In this document: piece by piece, positions 36,966 through 47,500 of the stretch
How positions within the stretch are numbered: position 1 is the stretch's first letter
How the letters are laid out: the number at the start of each line of letters is the position of its first letter
Origin: an uncultured Chloroflexia bacterium
GTDB lineage: Bacteria; Chloroflexota; Limnocylindria; Limnocylindrales; CSP1-4
NCBI GenBank assembly: GCA_963781845.1
Contig: CAWAHN010000009.1
Coordinates: 140,741-204,740 of the forward strand
Reading direction: 5' to 3'
DNA length: 64,000 nucleotides
Position numbers and translations under genes: made by a program
Notes under the pieces: model-generated
Seen by the model: only the letters and a program-made list of their open reading frames with translations
Told to the model about the DNA's origin: nothing
Database searches by the model: none

Positions 36966-37825
36966 GCGGCGGATCCCTGGAGCGCGACCGTCTGGACGTC
37001 GGCGAAGCCCTCGCCGAACAGCCGCCGTGCCAGGTCGTGGAACCCGGCCGCATCGCCGGTGGTCAGCTGGACGTGGGTGGCCGGATCCCCGTGGCTGGGG
37101 ACCTCGAGCCCATTCATCGCCAGGAGATCCACCAGCGCGGAGGCGGTCGCGGTCGCCGAATCGACAACGGCGACGCGGCCACCCGCGACGACCTCGAGGA
37201 TCGGGCGCAGGAGCGGATAGTGGGTGCAGCCGAGCAGGAGCGTGTCGATCCGGGCCGAGGACGGCAACGGGAAGATGAACTCACCCGACGCATCGCGCTC
37301 GCCGAGGAGCGGCGCGAGGGCATCCCGGACCGCGGCCTCGACGGCGGGCCCGCTCAGCAGACCGGCCTCGACCATCGGGACGAAGGCCGGCGTCGCGTGC
37401 TCGTAGACCTCGACGGCGGGATCCTCCTCCTTGATCGCGTTGAAGTAGGCGTGGGATCGCACCGTCGCCGGCGTGGCGATCACGCCGACCCGTCGGACCC
37501 GGCTGGCAAGGACGGCGGCGGCCGCCCCGGGCCGGATGACCCCGAGGATCGGCAGCGGATAGCGCCGACGAAGGTCGGTCAGGGCGACCGCGGTCGAGGT
37601 GTTGCAGGCGACGACGACGAGCTTCACGTCCCGCTCGACGAGGCTGTCGACGGCCTGGCGGGTGAACCGCAGGACCTCCTCGTCGCTCCGGGTCCCGTAC
37701 GGCGCGCGCGCGTTATCGCCGAGATACACGGTCGACTCGGCCGGCAACCGACGGATGATCTCGCGGAGGACCGTCAGCCCGCCGACCCCGGAGTCGAAGA
37801 CGCCGATCGGTCGCGGGTCCGTCAC
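36962..37825 (-). CDS. murI: glutamate racemase
   Basis: Motifs: GVFDSGVGGLTV, VVACNTS, LGCTHYP. Confidence 0.95.
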   Translation of the reverse strand: MTDPRPIGVFDSGVGGLTVLREIIRRLPAESTVYLGDNARAPYGTRSDEEVLRFTRQAVDSLVERDVKLVVVACNTSTAVALTDLRRRYPLPILGVIRPGAAAAVLASRVRRVGVIATPATVRSHAYFNAIKEEDPAVEVYEHATPAFVPMVEAGLLSGPAVEAAVRDALAPLLGERDASGEFIFPLPSSARIDTLLLGCTHYPLLRPILEVVAGGRVAVVDSATATASALVDLLAMNGLEVPSHGDPATHVQLTTGDAAGFHDLARRLFGEGFADVQTVALQGSAA

Positions 37826-37826
37826 G

Positions 37827-38975
37827 TCAGTGACGTGCCCCGACGGTGGGGCGATCGGCCGCGAGCAGGGCGTTCGCGACGCCGATCACGTCCTGGCTGA
37901 TCTGGGCCGACGGCTCGGCCAGCACGAACGGCACGCCTTCGTTGTTCGATTGGACGACGAGCCGTCCGTCCGACACGACCCGGTGCTCCGGGACCCGGCC
38001 GATCGCCGCGGCGAGGTCCTGCTCGGCGATCCCGCCGGCGGAGTCGGCGCGGTTGACGAGATAGCGCACTTTCGTCGGCGCGTAACCGAGCGAGCGGAAG
38101 GTGTCGGCCATGACCAGCGTGTTGTGGATCGTCGTCGAGTCGAACGTGACGATCTCGACGATGGTGTCCGATGCATCGAGCAACGCGAGCGTGCGCTCAT
38201 CGATGCCCACGGTCGTGTCGATCACGATCACGTCGTAGACCCGGCGCATCAGCGACAGGATCTTGTCGAGGTCGCGGACGCTGATCATCTCGTGCTGCTC
38301 GACGCGCGGCGGGGCGAGCAGGATGTCGATCCCGGACGGGTCCCGCCAGAGCACGTCGGACAGGTCGCCCTCGGCGATCCGGTCGGTCGGCAGGTCGACG
38401 ATCGACGGCGCGCTCATCGGGACCTTGAGCAACGCCCGCAGGTCGCCGAACTGGAGACTCCCGTCGATCAGCGCGGTCCGCCGGCCGGCCTGGCCGATGG
38501 CCACCGCGAGGTTGAGCGCGATCGTCGTCGTGCCCACCCCACCCTTCGGGGCGAAGACCGTGATCAGGCGGGAGTTCCCGATCGCCTGCGTCTCGCGGAA
38601 GGCGGCCTGGACCCCGTGGATGCGGCTGATCAGGTCGTACCCGGAGAACGGCATCGACAGGACGGCGTGAACGCCGATGTCGGGATCGGGCTCGATCGGT
38701 TTCTGGGGCACGGTCAGCACGATCACGGGCACGCCCAACCCCGCAGCGTGGAGCTGGCCGATCAGCTGCGGACCCTTGACCCGGCCCTGGAGCAGCGCGT
38801 CGACGATGACCACGTCGGGTCGGAGCTGGGCGATCTGGCCGGCGACCTTCGCCCCATCGGACATGACGTCCAGGAGCTTGATCTGCTGCTGCGAGTTCAG
38901 CAGGCTCCGGATGTACTGCCCGACCTGCGGGACGTCCTCGACGACGAGCAAGCGGACCTGATCGGATGCGGCCAC
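37827..38975 (-). CDS. receiver-domain / MinD-ParA-type ATPase fusion (CpaE/TadZ-like)
   Basis: N-terminal REC domain (RLLVVEDVP ... DVVIVDALL), then the deviant Walker A VFAPKGGVGTTTIA and DVIVIDT. It ends 1 nt before the murI start. Confidence 0.85.
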   Translation of the reverse strand: MAASDQVRLLVVEDVPQVGQYIRSLLNSQQQIKLLDVMSDGAKVAGQIAQLRPDVVIVDALLQGRVKGPQLIGQLHAAGLGVPVIVLTVPQKPIEPDPDIGVHAVLSMPFSGYDLISRIHGVQAAFRETQAIGNSRLITVFAPKGGVGTTTIALNLAVAIGQAGRRTALIDGSLQFGDLRALLKVPMSAPSIVDLPTDRIAEGDLSDVLWRDPSGIDILLAPPRVEQHEMISVRDLDKILSLMRRVYDVIVIDTTVGIDERTLALLDASDTIVEIVTFDSTTIHNTLVMADTFRSLGYAPTKVRYLVNRADSAGGIAEQDLAAAIGRVPEHRVVSDGRLVVQSNNEGVPFVLAEPSAQISQDVIGVANALLAADRPTVGARH

Positions 38976-38990
38976 GGTCGGACTATACCA
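38976..38990 (-). promoter_or_regulatory. -10-like TATAGT immediately upstream of a leaderless GTG
   Basis: The minus strand reads TATAGT (complement of 38982-38987), then 6 nt, then the GTG at 38975. There is no SD. This is an AT island in a roughly 70% GC context. Confidence 0.35.
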
Positions 38991-39023
38991 AGCCGACGTC
39001 GGCGCTTGACTCGTACCCGGAGG

Positions 39024-40049
39024 TCATGGGTCGGTCCTCGGGACGATGACGTCCAGCGCGCCCGCCCGGACGCTGGCTTCGAGCACGCCGGCCCCGTGGC
39101 CGTCGCCATCGACCTGGCGGGGCTGGGCGGGCACGGCCTCGATGCGGATCACCCGGCCGCGGGCACGGAACGCCGCCCCCGACGGCGAGCCGCCGAGGTC
39201 GGTCCGGTCGAGCAGCTCGAGCGCGCCGCGGATCCCGCCAGCCACGCTCGCGACGCGCAGGACAAGGAGATCGAGCAGGCCGTCGTCCGGGACGATCGGC
39301 AGGCGTGGCCGGACGAGGCCCGGGATGAGCTCGCCCGCATTGGCGACCAGGGCGACGGTGGCCTCGAGCTCCAGCCGCTCCCCGTCGACCTCGATGACGT
39401 ACGGCGAGGGGCGCATCTCGCCCAGCAACCCGAGGGCCGAGACCCAGTAGGCGAGCCGCCCGAGCCGGTGCTTGTGCGACCCGGCGGTCGCGGCCATCAC
39501 CCGGGCATCCCAGCCGACGCCGGCGGCCACGGCGAACAGGCGGCTCGGGACCGCCAGCGGCTCGGACTCGTCGTCCGACCCGACCGTTCGTTCGTCCGGA
39601 CCGGCGACCCCGGTCGCCGGCAGGAGCGCCGACCCGAGGTCGATCGATCGTCGCACCCCGTCGGTCAGGGCGGCCACGGCCCGGGCCGGGCTGTCCGGGA
39701 TCTTGAGTGCGGTCGAGAGGACGTTCCCGGTCCCGCCCGGGACGATCGCGAGCGGGATCCCGGACCCGGCCAGGTCCGCGGTCAGTGCCGCGACGGTCCC
39801 GTCACCGCCGACCGCGATGACCAGACCGGCACCCGCCCGGACCGCATCCTGGCCGGCGGCATCGATCGACCCGGCGTCCTCGACCCGGACGACGATCGGT
39901 GCCTGCCCGGTCGTGGACCGGACCCACTGATCCACCTGGGCCACGATCGCCTCGCCACGCCGGACGTTCCGGATGCGCGACGCCTTCGGGTTGACGATGA
40001 CGATGGTCGGACCGGGAAGCCGGCGCGGGTCGAACGCCGCCCCGGTCAC
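39024..40049 (-). CDS. diacylglycerol-kinase-family lipid kinase
   Basis: GTGA overlap with the methyltransferase stop. Motifs: IVIVNPKA, VIAVGGDGTV, PGGTGN. Confidence 0.85.
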   Translation of the reverse strand: MTGAAFDPRRLPGPTIVIVNPKASRIRNVRRGEAIVAQVDQWVRSTTGQAPIVVRVEDAGSIDAAGQDAVRAGAGLVIAVGGDGTVAALTADLAGSGIPLAIVPGGTGNVLSTALKIPDSPARAVAALTDGVRRSIDLGSALLPATGVAGPDERTVGSDDESEPLAVPSRLFAVAAGVGWDARVMAATAGSHKHRLGRLAYWVSALGLLGEMRPSPYVIEVDGERLELEATVALVANAGELIPGLVRPRLPIVPDDGLLDLLVLRVASVAGGIRGALELLDRTDLGGSPSGAAFRARGRVIRIEAVPAQPRQVDGDGHGAGVLEASVRAGALDVIVPRTDP

Positions 40050-40828
40050 GGACGCATCGCGACGAGGATCGCCCGATCCGCGCCCGGACCCATCGGCTCG
40101 AGGTCGTAGCCGCGCGCCAGGAGCTCGACCTCCAGGCCGGCCGCTTCGGCGAACACGACCAGCTCGTCGGCCCCGACGAGCCGGATCCGGTCGGTCCTCG
40201 ACCAGCGGATCGGTGACTCGCCCTGGGCGCCCTCGTCGTAGATCGTGGTCAGATGGACGGTCTGCGACGCGCTGTCGTGGAGCGCCGATCCCGTCTTGAT
40301 CACCGTGCGCCCGGTCTCCGGGTCGACCCGGACGTACTCCAGGAAGATCCGGCCGTCGTAGCGGGCCAGGTCGTCCGCGTCCGGCAGCCACAGGTCGATC
40401 AGGCACAGGCCGCCGGGTTCGAGGTGATCGGCCAGCGTCGCCACCGCCGCCGCCTGGGCCGTCCGGTCTCCGAAGACGAGCAGCGAGTTCAAGGCGATGA
40501 AGCCGAGACGGTAGCGTGCCGGCGACCGCAGCTCGGCGGCATTCGCCTCGACCAGCTCGAGGCGGTCGGCGACCGCCGCCCCGGCCGCGTCGGCGCGATC
40601 GCGCGCCCGGCGGAGCATCGCCGGATCGTTGTCGACGCCGGTCACCGTCCAGCCCGCCTCGGCCAGGGGCACGGCCAGCCGCCCCGACCCGACCCCGAGC
40701 TCGAGGATCCGCCCGTCCGCCCGCTCCGCAAGCGCGAGGAGCAGGTCCAGGTCGCCGGGGTCCTCGAGCAGGTCGACGTCGTACAGGCGGGCGAGCGCCA
40801 CGGCGGTCGGCGAGGGTGGGGGACGCAT
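40046..40828 (-). CDS. class I SAM-dependent methyltransferase
   Basis: Motif I is RILELGVGSGR. Also VTGVDNDPAML. Confidence 0.85.
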   Translation of the reverse strand: MRPPPSPTAVALARLYDVDLLEDPGDLDLLLALAERADGRILELGVGSGRLAVPLAEAGWTVTGVDNDPAMLRRARDRADAAGAAVADRLELVEANAAELRSPARYRLGFIALNSLLVFGDRTAQAAAVATLADHLEPGGLCLIDLWLPDADDLARYDGRIFLEYVRVDPETGRTVIKTGSALHDSASQTVHLTTIYDEGAQGESPIRWSRTDRIRLVGADELVVFAEAAGLEVELLARGYDLEPMGPGADRAILVAMRP

Positions 40829-40860
40829 GGCCCGATGCTACCCGCTGGCGCCGACGGGGA

Positions 40861-41925
40861 TCACCGTTCGAAGCGGACGGTCCGGCCGGCGCGCTTCTTG
40901 ACCGCGAGCGCGCTGATCGCTTCGAGCGCGGCGCGATTGGCCGCCATCGCCGTCGTCTCGGCATGGTCGTACGGCGGCGACACCTCGACGATGTCCATCG
41001 CGCACAGATCGACGGCGGCGACGATCTGGCGGATCGCCCGCAGGACCTCGCGGGTGAGCATCCCGCCCGGTTCGGGCGTCCCGGTGCCCGGCGCGAGCCC
41101 TGGATCGATCACGTCGATGTCGAGACTGAGGTAGATCGAGTCCGGGCCGTCGAGCGCCTCGGCGATCGCGTCCGCGATGACGGCGTCCGCGCCGCGCTCC
41201 TCCATCTCGGTCATGAAGTGGTAGCGCAGGCCGTGGTCCTTCATCCACTCGAACACTTCGACCGGCGGCCAGTAGCCACGCAGCCCGACCTGGACGAAGT
41301 TCCGGCCGGCGACCGCGCCCGACTCGATCAAACGGCGCATCGGCGTCCCATGGCCGGCGAGCACGCCCCAGTCCTCGTTGGCCGTGTCGGCATGCGCATC
41401 GAAATGGACGATCCCGATCGAGCCGGGCCGCCGGACCTCGGCGATCGCGGTCGCCGACGGCCAGGTGATCGAGTGGTCGCCGCCGAGGACGATCGGGATG
41501 GCGCCCGTCTCGGCGACCTCGCGAACCTTCCGGTAGATGAGGGCGTGGGCGCGGTCGATCCAGGCCGGGATGACGTTGGCGTCTCCGGCGTCGACCACGT
41601 CGAGCTCCTCGAACGGCTCGACGCCGAGCTGGAGCGAGTGGATCGACCCCGAGGTGTACTGCGCCTCGCGGATCGCGCGCGGACCGAACCGGGCGCCGGG
41701 GCGATGACTGACGGCGTCGTCGAACGGCGCTCCGATGATGGCCACGTCGGTCCGGCGCCGGCGCAGCTCGGCGGCGTCGGTGATCCACGGCAGCTTCATG
41801 AACGTGGTCGGCCCGACGTAGGTGGGCAGGTCGAAGTCGGTGTACGTCTCGTACTCTCGATCCCAGCCGTTGAGGGCGGCGAAGTCCGCGGCCGGATCGG
41901 GCTCGGGATCGTGGCGCTCGGACAT
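40861..41925 (-). CDS. speB: agmatinase / ureohydrolase family
   Basis: ATG at 41925 with GGAGG upstream. Motifs: IIGAPFD, LGGDHSI, VHFDAHADT, SLDIDVIDP. Substrate specificity (agmatine versus another guanidino compound) is not determinable. Confidence 0.88.
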   Translation of the reverse strand: MSERHDPEPDPAADFAALNGWDREYETYTDFDLPTYVGPTTFMKLPWITDAAELRRRRTDVAIIGAPFDDAVSHRPGARFGPRAIREAQYTSGSIHSLQLGVEPFEELDVVDAGDANVIPAWIDRAHALIYRKVREVAETGAIPIVLGGDHSITWPSATAIAEVRRPGSIGIVHFDAHADTANEDWGVLAGHGTPMRRLIESGAVAGRNFVQVGLRGYWPPVEVFEWMKDHGLRYHFMTEMEERGADAVIADAIAEALDGPDSIYLSLDIDVIDPGLAPGTGTPEPGGMLTREVLRAIRQIVAAVDLCAMDIVEVSPPYDHAETTAMAANRAALEAISALAVKKRAGRTVRFER

Positions 41926-42056
41926 CGATGTCCTCCGGGAGACCAGCCGGCGCAGGCGGTCGTCGGACCGTCGCTCGGGCTCAGCCGTCTCTGGAGCGCC
42001 GCCGGTTCGCATCCAGCGTCCAGCGGGGCGCGCCGGCGGCGATGGTACCACCCGGT

Positions 42057-43274
42057 TCAGGCGTCGCCCCGGAACTCCTTCCAGGCCGCCTCGACCAGGG
42101 CCGGATCGGCGAACAGCTCATAGGCGGTCTGGGCCACGAGCGTCGCCGCCAGGAGGGTGACCTCGTCGGCGCGCGGCGCGGCGGCCAGATCGCGGAACTC
42201 GATCGAGTGACCGGGGACGCCCGGGTCGCAGATCGCGATCGACGGGTGGATGGTCGGGACGACGAAGCTGACGTTGCCCATGTCGCTGGAGCCGAGGTTG
42301 TCCGAGGGCGGGCGGTCCATCACTCCGTAGGCCTCCATGTTGGCGATGAAGCGCCGGTCGAGGGTCCGGTTGTGGTGCATCGTCGAGGCCCCACCCTCGA
42401 ACACCACCTCGACGGTGCAGCCGGTCGCCAGCGCTGCCGCTTCGCACATCTGGCGGAAGCGTTCGCGCATCTCGAGGTACTCGTCCTCCCGCGGCGAGCG
42501 GACCATGAACCAGGCCTTCGCCCGGCTCGGGATGATGTTGGCGGCGGTCCCACCCTCCCGGACGATCCCGTGGACCCGCGCGTCGGGGCGGAGCTGCTGG
42601 CGCCACAGGCCGACCGAGCTGAACAGGAGGATCAGGGCGTCAAGCGCGTTCCGGCCCATCCACGGGTCCGACGCGGCGTGAGCCTGCTCCCCGTGGAACG
42701 TGACGTAGATGTCCTCGCTGGCGAGCAACCGGCACTCGACCCCGGTCACGTCGGATGGGTGGTAGAGCAGGGCGGCGTCGAGATCCGCGAACAGGCCGTC
42801 GCGGATCATGATCCCCTTGCCCGACCCACGTTCCTCGGCCGGCGTGCCGAGGAACACGATCTCGCCCGGGAGCTCGGGCGCGAGGGTCGCGAGGGCGATG
42901 GCCGCCCCCACCCCGGACGCGGCCATCGAGTTGTGCCCGCAGCCGTGCCCGAGACCCGGCAGGGCGTCGTACTCGGCGAGGATCCCGATCCTGGGCCGGT
43001 CCCCTCCCCGACCGCCGGCGAGGCGGCCGCGCACCGCGGTCGCCAGGCTCCCGACGGGATGCTCGACCGCGAACCCGTGGCGCGCGATCGCCTCCGCGAC
43101 CCAGGCCGAGGCATGGATCTCCTCGAACGCCGGCTCCGGGTCGGCGTGGATCCGCTGCGACAGCCCGACGATCTCGTCCCGATTGGCTTCGACCGCGGCC
43201 GCCAGCCGGCGCTTGGCGTCGGCGAACGGGTCCGCCGGAGCCGTCGTCAGGAAGTCGAAGCGATCGATGGTCAC
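42057..43274 (-). CDS. M20D-family amidohydrolase
   Basis: GTG at 43274 with GGAGGAG upstream. Motifs: LPGLGHGCGHN, GTPAEE, HAASDPW. Confidence 0.85.
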   Translation of the reverse strand: MTIDRFDFLTTAPADPFADAKRRLAAAVEANRDEIVGLSQRIHADPEPAFEEIHASAWVAEAIARHGFAVEHPVGSLATAVRGRLAGGRGGDRPRIGILAEYDALPGLGHGCGHNSMAASGVGAAIALATLAPELPGEIVFLGTPAEERGSGKGIMIRDGLFADLDAALLYHPSDVTGVECRLLASEDIYVTFHGEQAHAASDPWMGRNALDALILLFSSVGLWRQQLRPDARVHGIVREGGTAANIIPSRAKAWFMVRSPREDEYLEMRERFRQMCEAAALATGCTVEVVFEGGASTMHHNRTLDRRFIANMEAYGVMDRPPSDNLGSSDMGNVSFVVPTIHPSIAICDPGVPGHSIEFRDLAAAPRADEVTLLAATLVAQTAYELFADPALVEAAWKEFRGDA

Positions 43275-43303
43275 GGGTGACTCCTCCAGGATCCGGCCGG
43301 CGA

Positions 43304-43678
43304 TCAGCGCTCGGCCGACAGGGTCGCCTCGGCGACCGACACGATGACGACGACGAACAGGGCGATCGGCAGGCTGAACGCCCCCTGCAGGCGGAGCACG
43401 ATGAAGACCGCCACGACCACCGCGACCCAGGCGCCGCGGCGGACGGCACGGAGCCAGTCTCCGCGATAAGCGATCCGCCCGTGTCGGCCGAAGACCACCA
43501 GCCAGAACAGCGGGATGCAGGTCAGCCCCACGGCGATCCCCATCAGGCCCGCCCCGAGCAGTCCGGCCGAGGGATCCGCCCGCGGGTCGCGGGTCGTGAC
43601 CACGAGGCCGACGGCGACCCAGGCGATCGCCGCGAGGCCGAACAGCGCGAGGTTGATCGTGCGATCGCGTGGGTCCAT
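43304..43678 (-). CDS. 4-TM membrane protein, hypothetical
   Basis: 124 aa with four hydrophobic helices. No family recognised. Confidence 0.6.
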   Translation of the reverse strand: MDPRDRTINLALFGLAAIAWVAVGLVVTTRDPRADPSAGLLGAGLMGIAVGLTCIPLFWLVVFGRHGRIAYRGDWLRAVRRGAWVAVVVAVFIVLRLQGAFSLPIALFVVVIVSVAEATLSAER

Positions 43679-43726
43679 CGCGCTGGAGTCTAGTCGGGCT
43701 CGGGGTCGCGGCGTCGATCGAGGACC

Positions 43727-44534
43727 TCAGGCCAGCGCCTCCTCGAGGTCCGACAGCCGCTCCAGCCGGAGGTCCGCCCGGGCCCGATCGTCGCCGTGGC
43801 TGACCGGGAAGGGCGAATCGCTCGTCTCGGCCGGGAGGTAGGCAGCCAGCCAGCCGGCCCGCTTGGCGCCGACGATATCGGCCGCCCAATCGTCACCCAC
43901 GTGGAGGATCCCGGCCGGCGGCGTCCCGAGGAGCTCCTCGGCTGCGCGGAAGAACCGGGCGTCGGGCTTGATCGTCCCGACCCGCTCCGAGACGACCACC
44001 GCCGTCAGATGCGGCCTCCAGCCGGCGACCTCGACGAACCGGTCGATCGTCGCCGCCAGCGGCCAGTTCGAGCAGATCCCGAGGGTGAATCGTCCGGCCA
44101 GCCGGTCGAGCATCGGACCGACCTCGGGCGGGACCCGGACCGTCGCCACGAACGATTCGGTGTACGTCGCCAGGGCGACCGCCACCTCATCCGGTCGGCT
44201 GTAGCCGGCGGCCGCGGCGTCGTCCCAGGTCGATCCGGCTCGCCGGGACGGGCCATCCCGCGCATCCGGGCGAGGACCCGGATGGTCCGCTGGGCGAGGT
44301 CCACCTCGCGCATCCGCGGGACCTCCTCGGCGAACTGGCGATCGCGCTCCTCGACCCAGGCCTGGGCGAAGGCCCGCTCGTCGAACGGCCCGCACCGTCG
44401 GGCGACCTCCGCGGTCGTCCGGGCCACGCACGACCCGCAGATCGGCCCTCGTCACCGGGACGAGGGTGTTGCCGAAGTCGAAGCTGATCGTGCGGACGGC
44501 TTCCGCCAGGCGGCCCGGCGGCCCGGTCCGTCAT
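43727..44534 (-). pseudogene. HAD-superfamily hydrolase, reading frame broken three times
   Basis: The ATG at 44534 overlaps the helicase stop (ATGA). Motif I (SFDFGNTLV), the middle segment ARTTAEVARRCGPFDERAF..., and the C-terminal part GICSNW...KPD...VGDDWAADI each lie in a different frame from the segment before. The 808-nt length equals 3n+1, consistent with indels of +1, +1 and -1. Confidence 0.7.
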
Positions 44535-47500
44535 CGAGCCACGCTCGACGGGCAGATGTCGCGGAACGGGCAGTAGGAGCAGGCCATCAGGTCCGGCGTC
44601 GCGTCGAAGGCCCGCGCCCGGATCCCGGCCGCGGCGGTGGCGATCTTCAGGCGCCCCCTGGCCAGACGCTTGTCGTCCACGACCGCGCGACCGATCAGGC
44701 CCGTCTCGAGGAAGTGGAGCTGGACCGCGTCGGGTCGCTGGCCGGTCATCGCCTCGTAGCCCATCGCGTAGATCGTCAGCTGCAGCGAGTCGCGAGCGCG
44801 CTGTCGCGCCTTGGCCGGGTCGCGCACGTCGCTCGACTTGTAGTCGGTGATCGTGACCCGCTCGCGCGGCATCAGCGGGAGGACCGGCTCGACGACGTCG
44901 GCCACCGGTCCGCCGACCTCCTCGCTCCCGGGCGGCGGGCCGGGCGATCCGACCCCGGCGCGAAGGTCGGGGTCGATCGGCTCGACGTCGACCCGGTCCC
45001 AGCGACCCCGGATCCGGTCCCCGTCCAGGGTGAACGAGAAGTCCCGCTCGACGTACGTCGGGACGACGCTGCCCGGCCGGAGCTGGTCCTCGCGGAACCG
45101 GCGCAGCGCCGCCTTGCCGGCCGCCAGCCGGGCGTCCTCGTGCTCGCGGGTCAGGAAGCCCTCGCTCGTCCAGGCCGCGACGAGAGCCGCCTCGAGCTCC
45201 GCCTCGGTCATGATCGTGCCCCGAGCCTGGCGCCGATGGAATTCCTGGACGGCGCGATGGAGGGCGGCGCCGTAGATCAGCGAGTGGTGCGGGGCGACCG
45301 GGATGCGGGCGACGTGCGCGTACTTGTACTTGCGCGGGCAGGTCAGGTAGTCGTCGACCTGGTAGAAGCTGAGCGACAGCGGTTCGTCCACCGGTCGCCG
45401 AACGGCCTCGACGGGCGTGCCCGGGGCGGCGAACCCGGCCAGACGCTCGAGCGGACCGGTCGAGGCGGTGGGACGCACGTCGCCATCCACCCGGGGCAGA
45501 TCGAGCGCCTCGAGGACGAACGGCGAGACGCGTCGGACCCGGCGTCCGGCGTAGTCGGCCGCGCTGGTCATGATCAGCTCGTCCCGGGCTCGGGTCATCC
45601 CGACATAGAACAGCCGGCGTTCCTCGCGGAGATGCGCATCGCCGCCGGCGATGGGACCGCCACCCAGCAGCTCCGCGGGGACGGCCAAGGGGTCCCGCCG
45701 ATCGGCGGCCGGGAAGCGGCCGTCGACGAGACCGACCAGGTAGACGGTCGGGAACTCGAGTCCCTTCGCCTTGTGCACGGTCAGCACGGCGACCGCGTCG
45801 GCGCCGGCGTCCGGCTCGACCGTCGGCGGGTCGTCGCCCGCCTCGACCAGGGACGCCAGGTGGCCCGCCAGGGACGAACACCGATCGTCGGCCAGCAGCG
45901 CCGACCGGGTCCGGACGATGTCGAAGAAGCGCGCCACGTTCTGGAGTGCCTCGTCCGCCCCGGTGCCGTCCGCCGCGGCCAGCCTGGCGAGGAGCCCCGA
46001 CCCCTTCAGGAACGCGTAGAGCAGCTCACCGGCGGGCCTCTGGTGCGCGATGTCGCTGAAGCGGCGGAGGTCCGCCACCAGTCTCGAGATCGCCGTCCGC
46101 GAGGACGGCGGCGAACCGGAGCAGGCCCGGCTGGCGATCGAGCTCCTGGAGGACGGCCCACAGCGTCCGGTTCCGACGCCGCGCGGACGCGGTGATGTCG
46201 GTGAGGTCCGCGCCGCTCAACCCGTAGACCTCGGATGCCGCCAGGGCGTACACGTCGACGCTCGAGTCGAGATCGGCCATCACCCGCAGGAACGTCATCA
46301 GCAGTCGGACCTCCGGTCGGGCGTACAGGCCCGAGGTCCCGGAGAACCGCCAGGGCACGCCGGCGAGGTTGAGGCTGCGCAGGATCCCGTCGGCCTCCGC
46401 GTTCGAGCGGACGAGGACGGCCTGGTCGCCCGGTGCCGCCCCGGCTGCGATCCGCCCGGCGATCTCGCCGGCGACCCAGTCGGCTTCGTCGGATCCGGTC
46501 GCGAAGGCCCGCTGCCGAACGGCAGGCGCTCGCCGCCCGGCGGGCGGCTCCGGACGCTGGGCCCGGAGCCGCTTGTCGATCCCCGCCTGGACCTCGAGGC
46601 GCTCCGGATCGTTGAACCGGATGAGGCGGTGGCTCGCGGCGAGGATGCCGGCCCTCGACCGGTAGTTCCGGCGAAGGACGACGATCGTCGGACGTGGGCT
46701 ACGGTCACGGAACTCGAGCAGGTTGCTCATCGCCGCACCGCGGAACCGGTAGATCGACTGATCGTCGTCGCCCACCACGGTCAGGTTCCGGGACGGTCCC
46801 GCGATCAGCTCGACCAGCTCGGCCTGGGCGCGGTTCGTGTCCTGGAACTCGTCGACCAGGATGTACCGGAACCGCCGCCGGATCTCGGCACGTGCGGCCG
46901 CCGAGGTGCGCACGAGTCGGAGCGCGAGCGACACCTGGTCCCCGAAGTCGATGAACCCGGCGGCCCCCATGAGCGCCTGGTAGCGCGCGAACGCTCGGGC
47001 GAGCTCGAGTCGACGGGCGGCGTCCTCCACGGCCGCCTCGGCAGCGCTCGGGGCATCGTCGTCGGCGTCGGTCTGGCCCGCGAGCTCCGCCAGGAGCTCG
47101 GCCTCGCCGACCGCTCGATCGGCGTGGGCGAGATACGTCGCCGGGTCCACGTCCTCGTCCTTGAGCCGGCTGAAGTGCGTCGCGAGGGCGGCCAGGAACC
47201 GGGTCGGGTCCCCGAGCGGGCGGTACCGCTCGAGGTCGAACTCGAACAGGCGATCGCGCAGGAACATCACGACCTCGGCGCGCGACAGCACCCGGACGTC
47301 CGGCGCGAGGCCGATCTCGAGCGCGTACTCGCGGATCAGTCGGTCCCCGAAAGCATGGAACGTCGAGATCGCGCTGTCCGTGTACCCGTACGGCACGAGC
47401 CGGTCGACTCGCGCCTGCATCTCGGCGGCCGCGCGGTCGGTGAAGGTCAGTGCCAGGATCTCCGACGGACGAGCGCGCCTCGTCGCGATCAACCAGGCGA

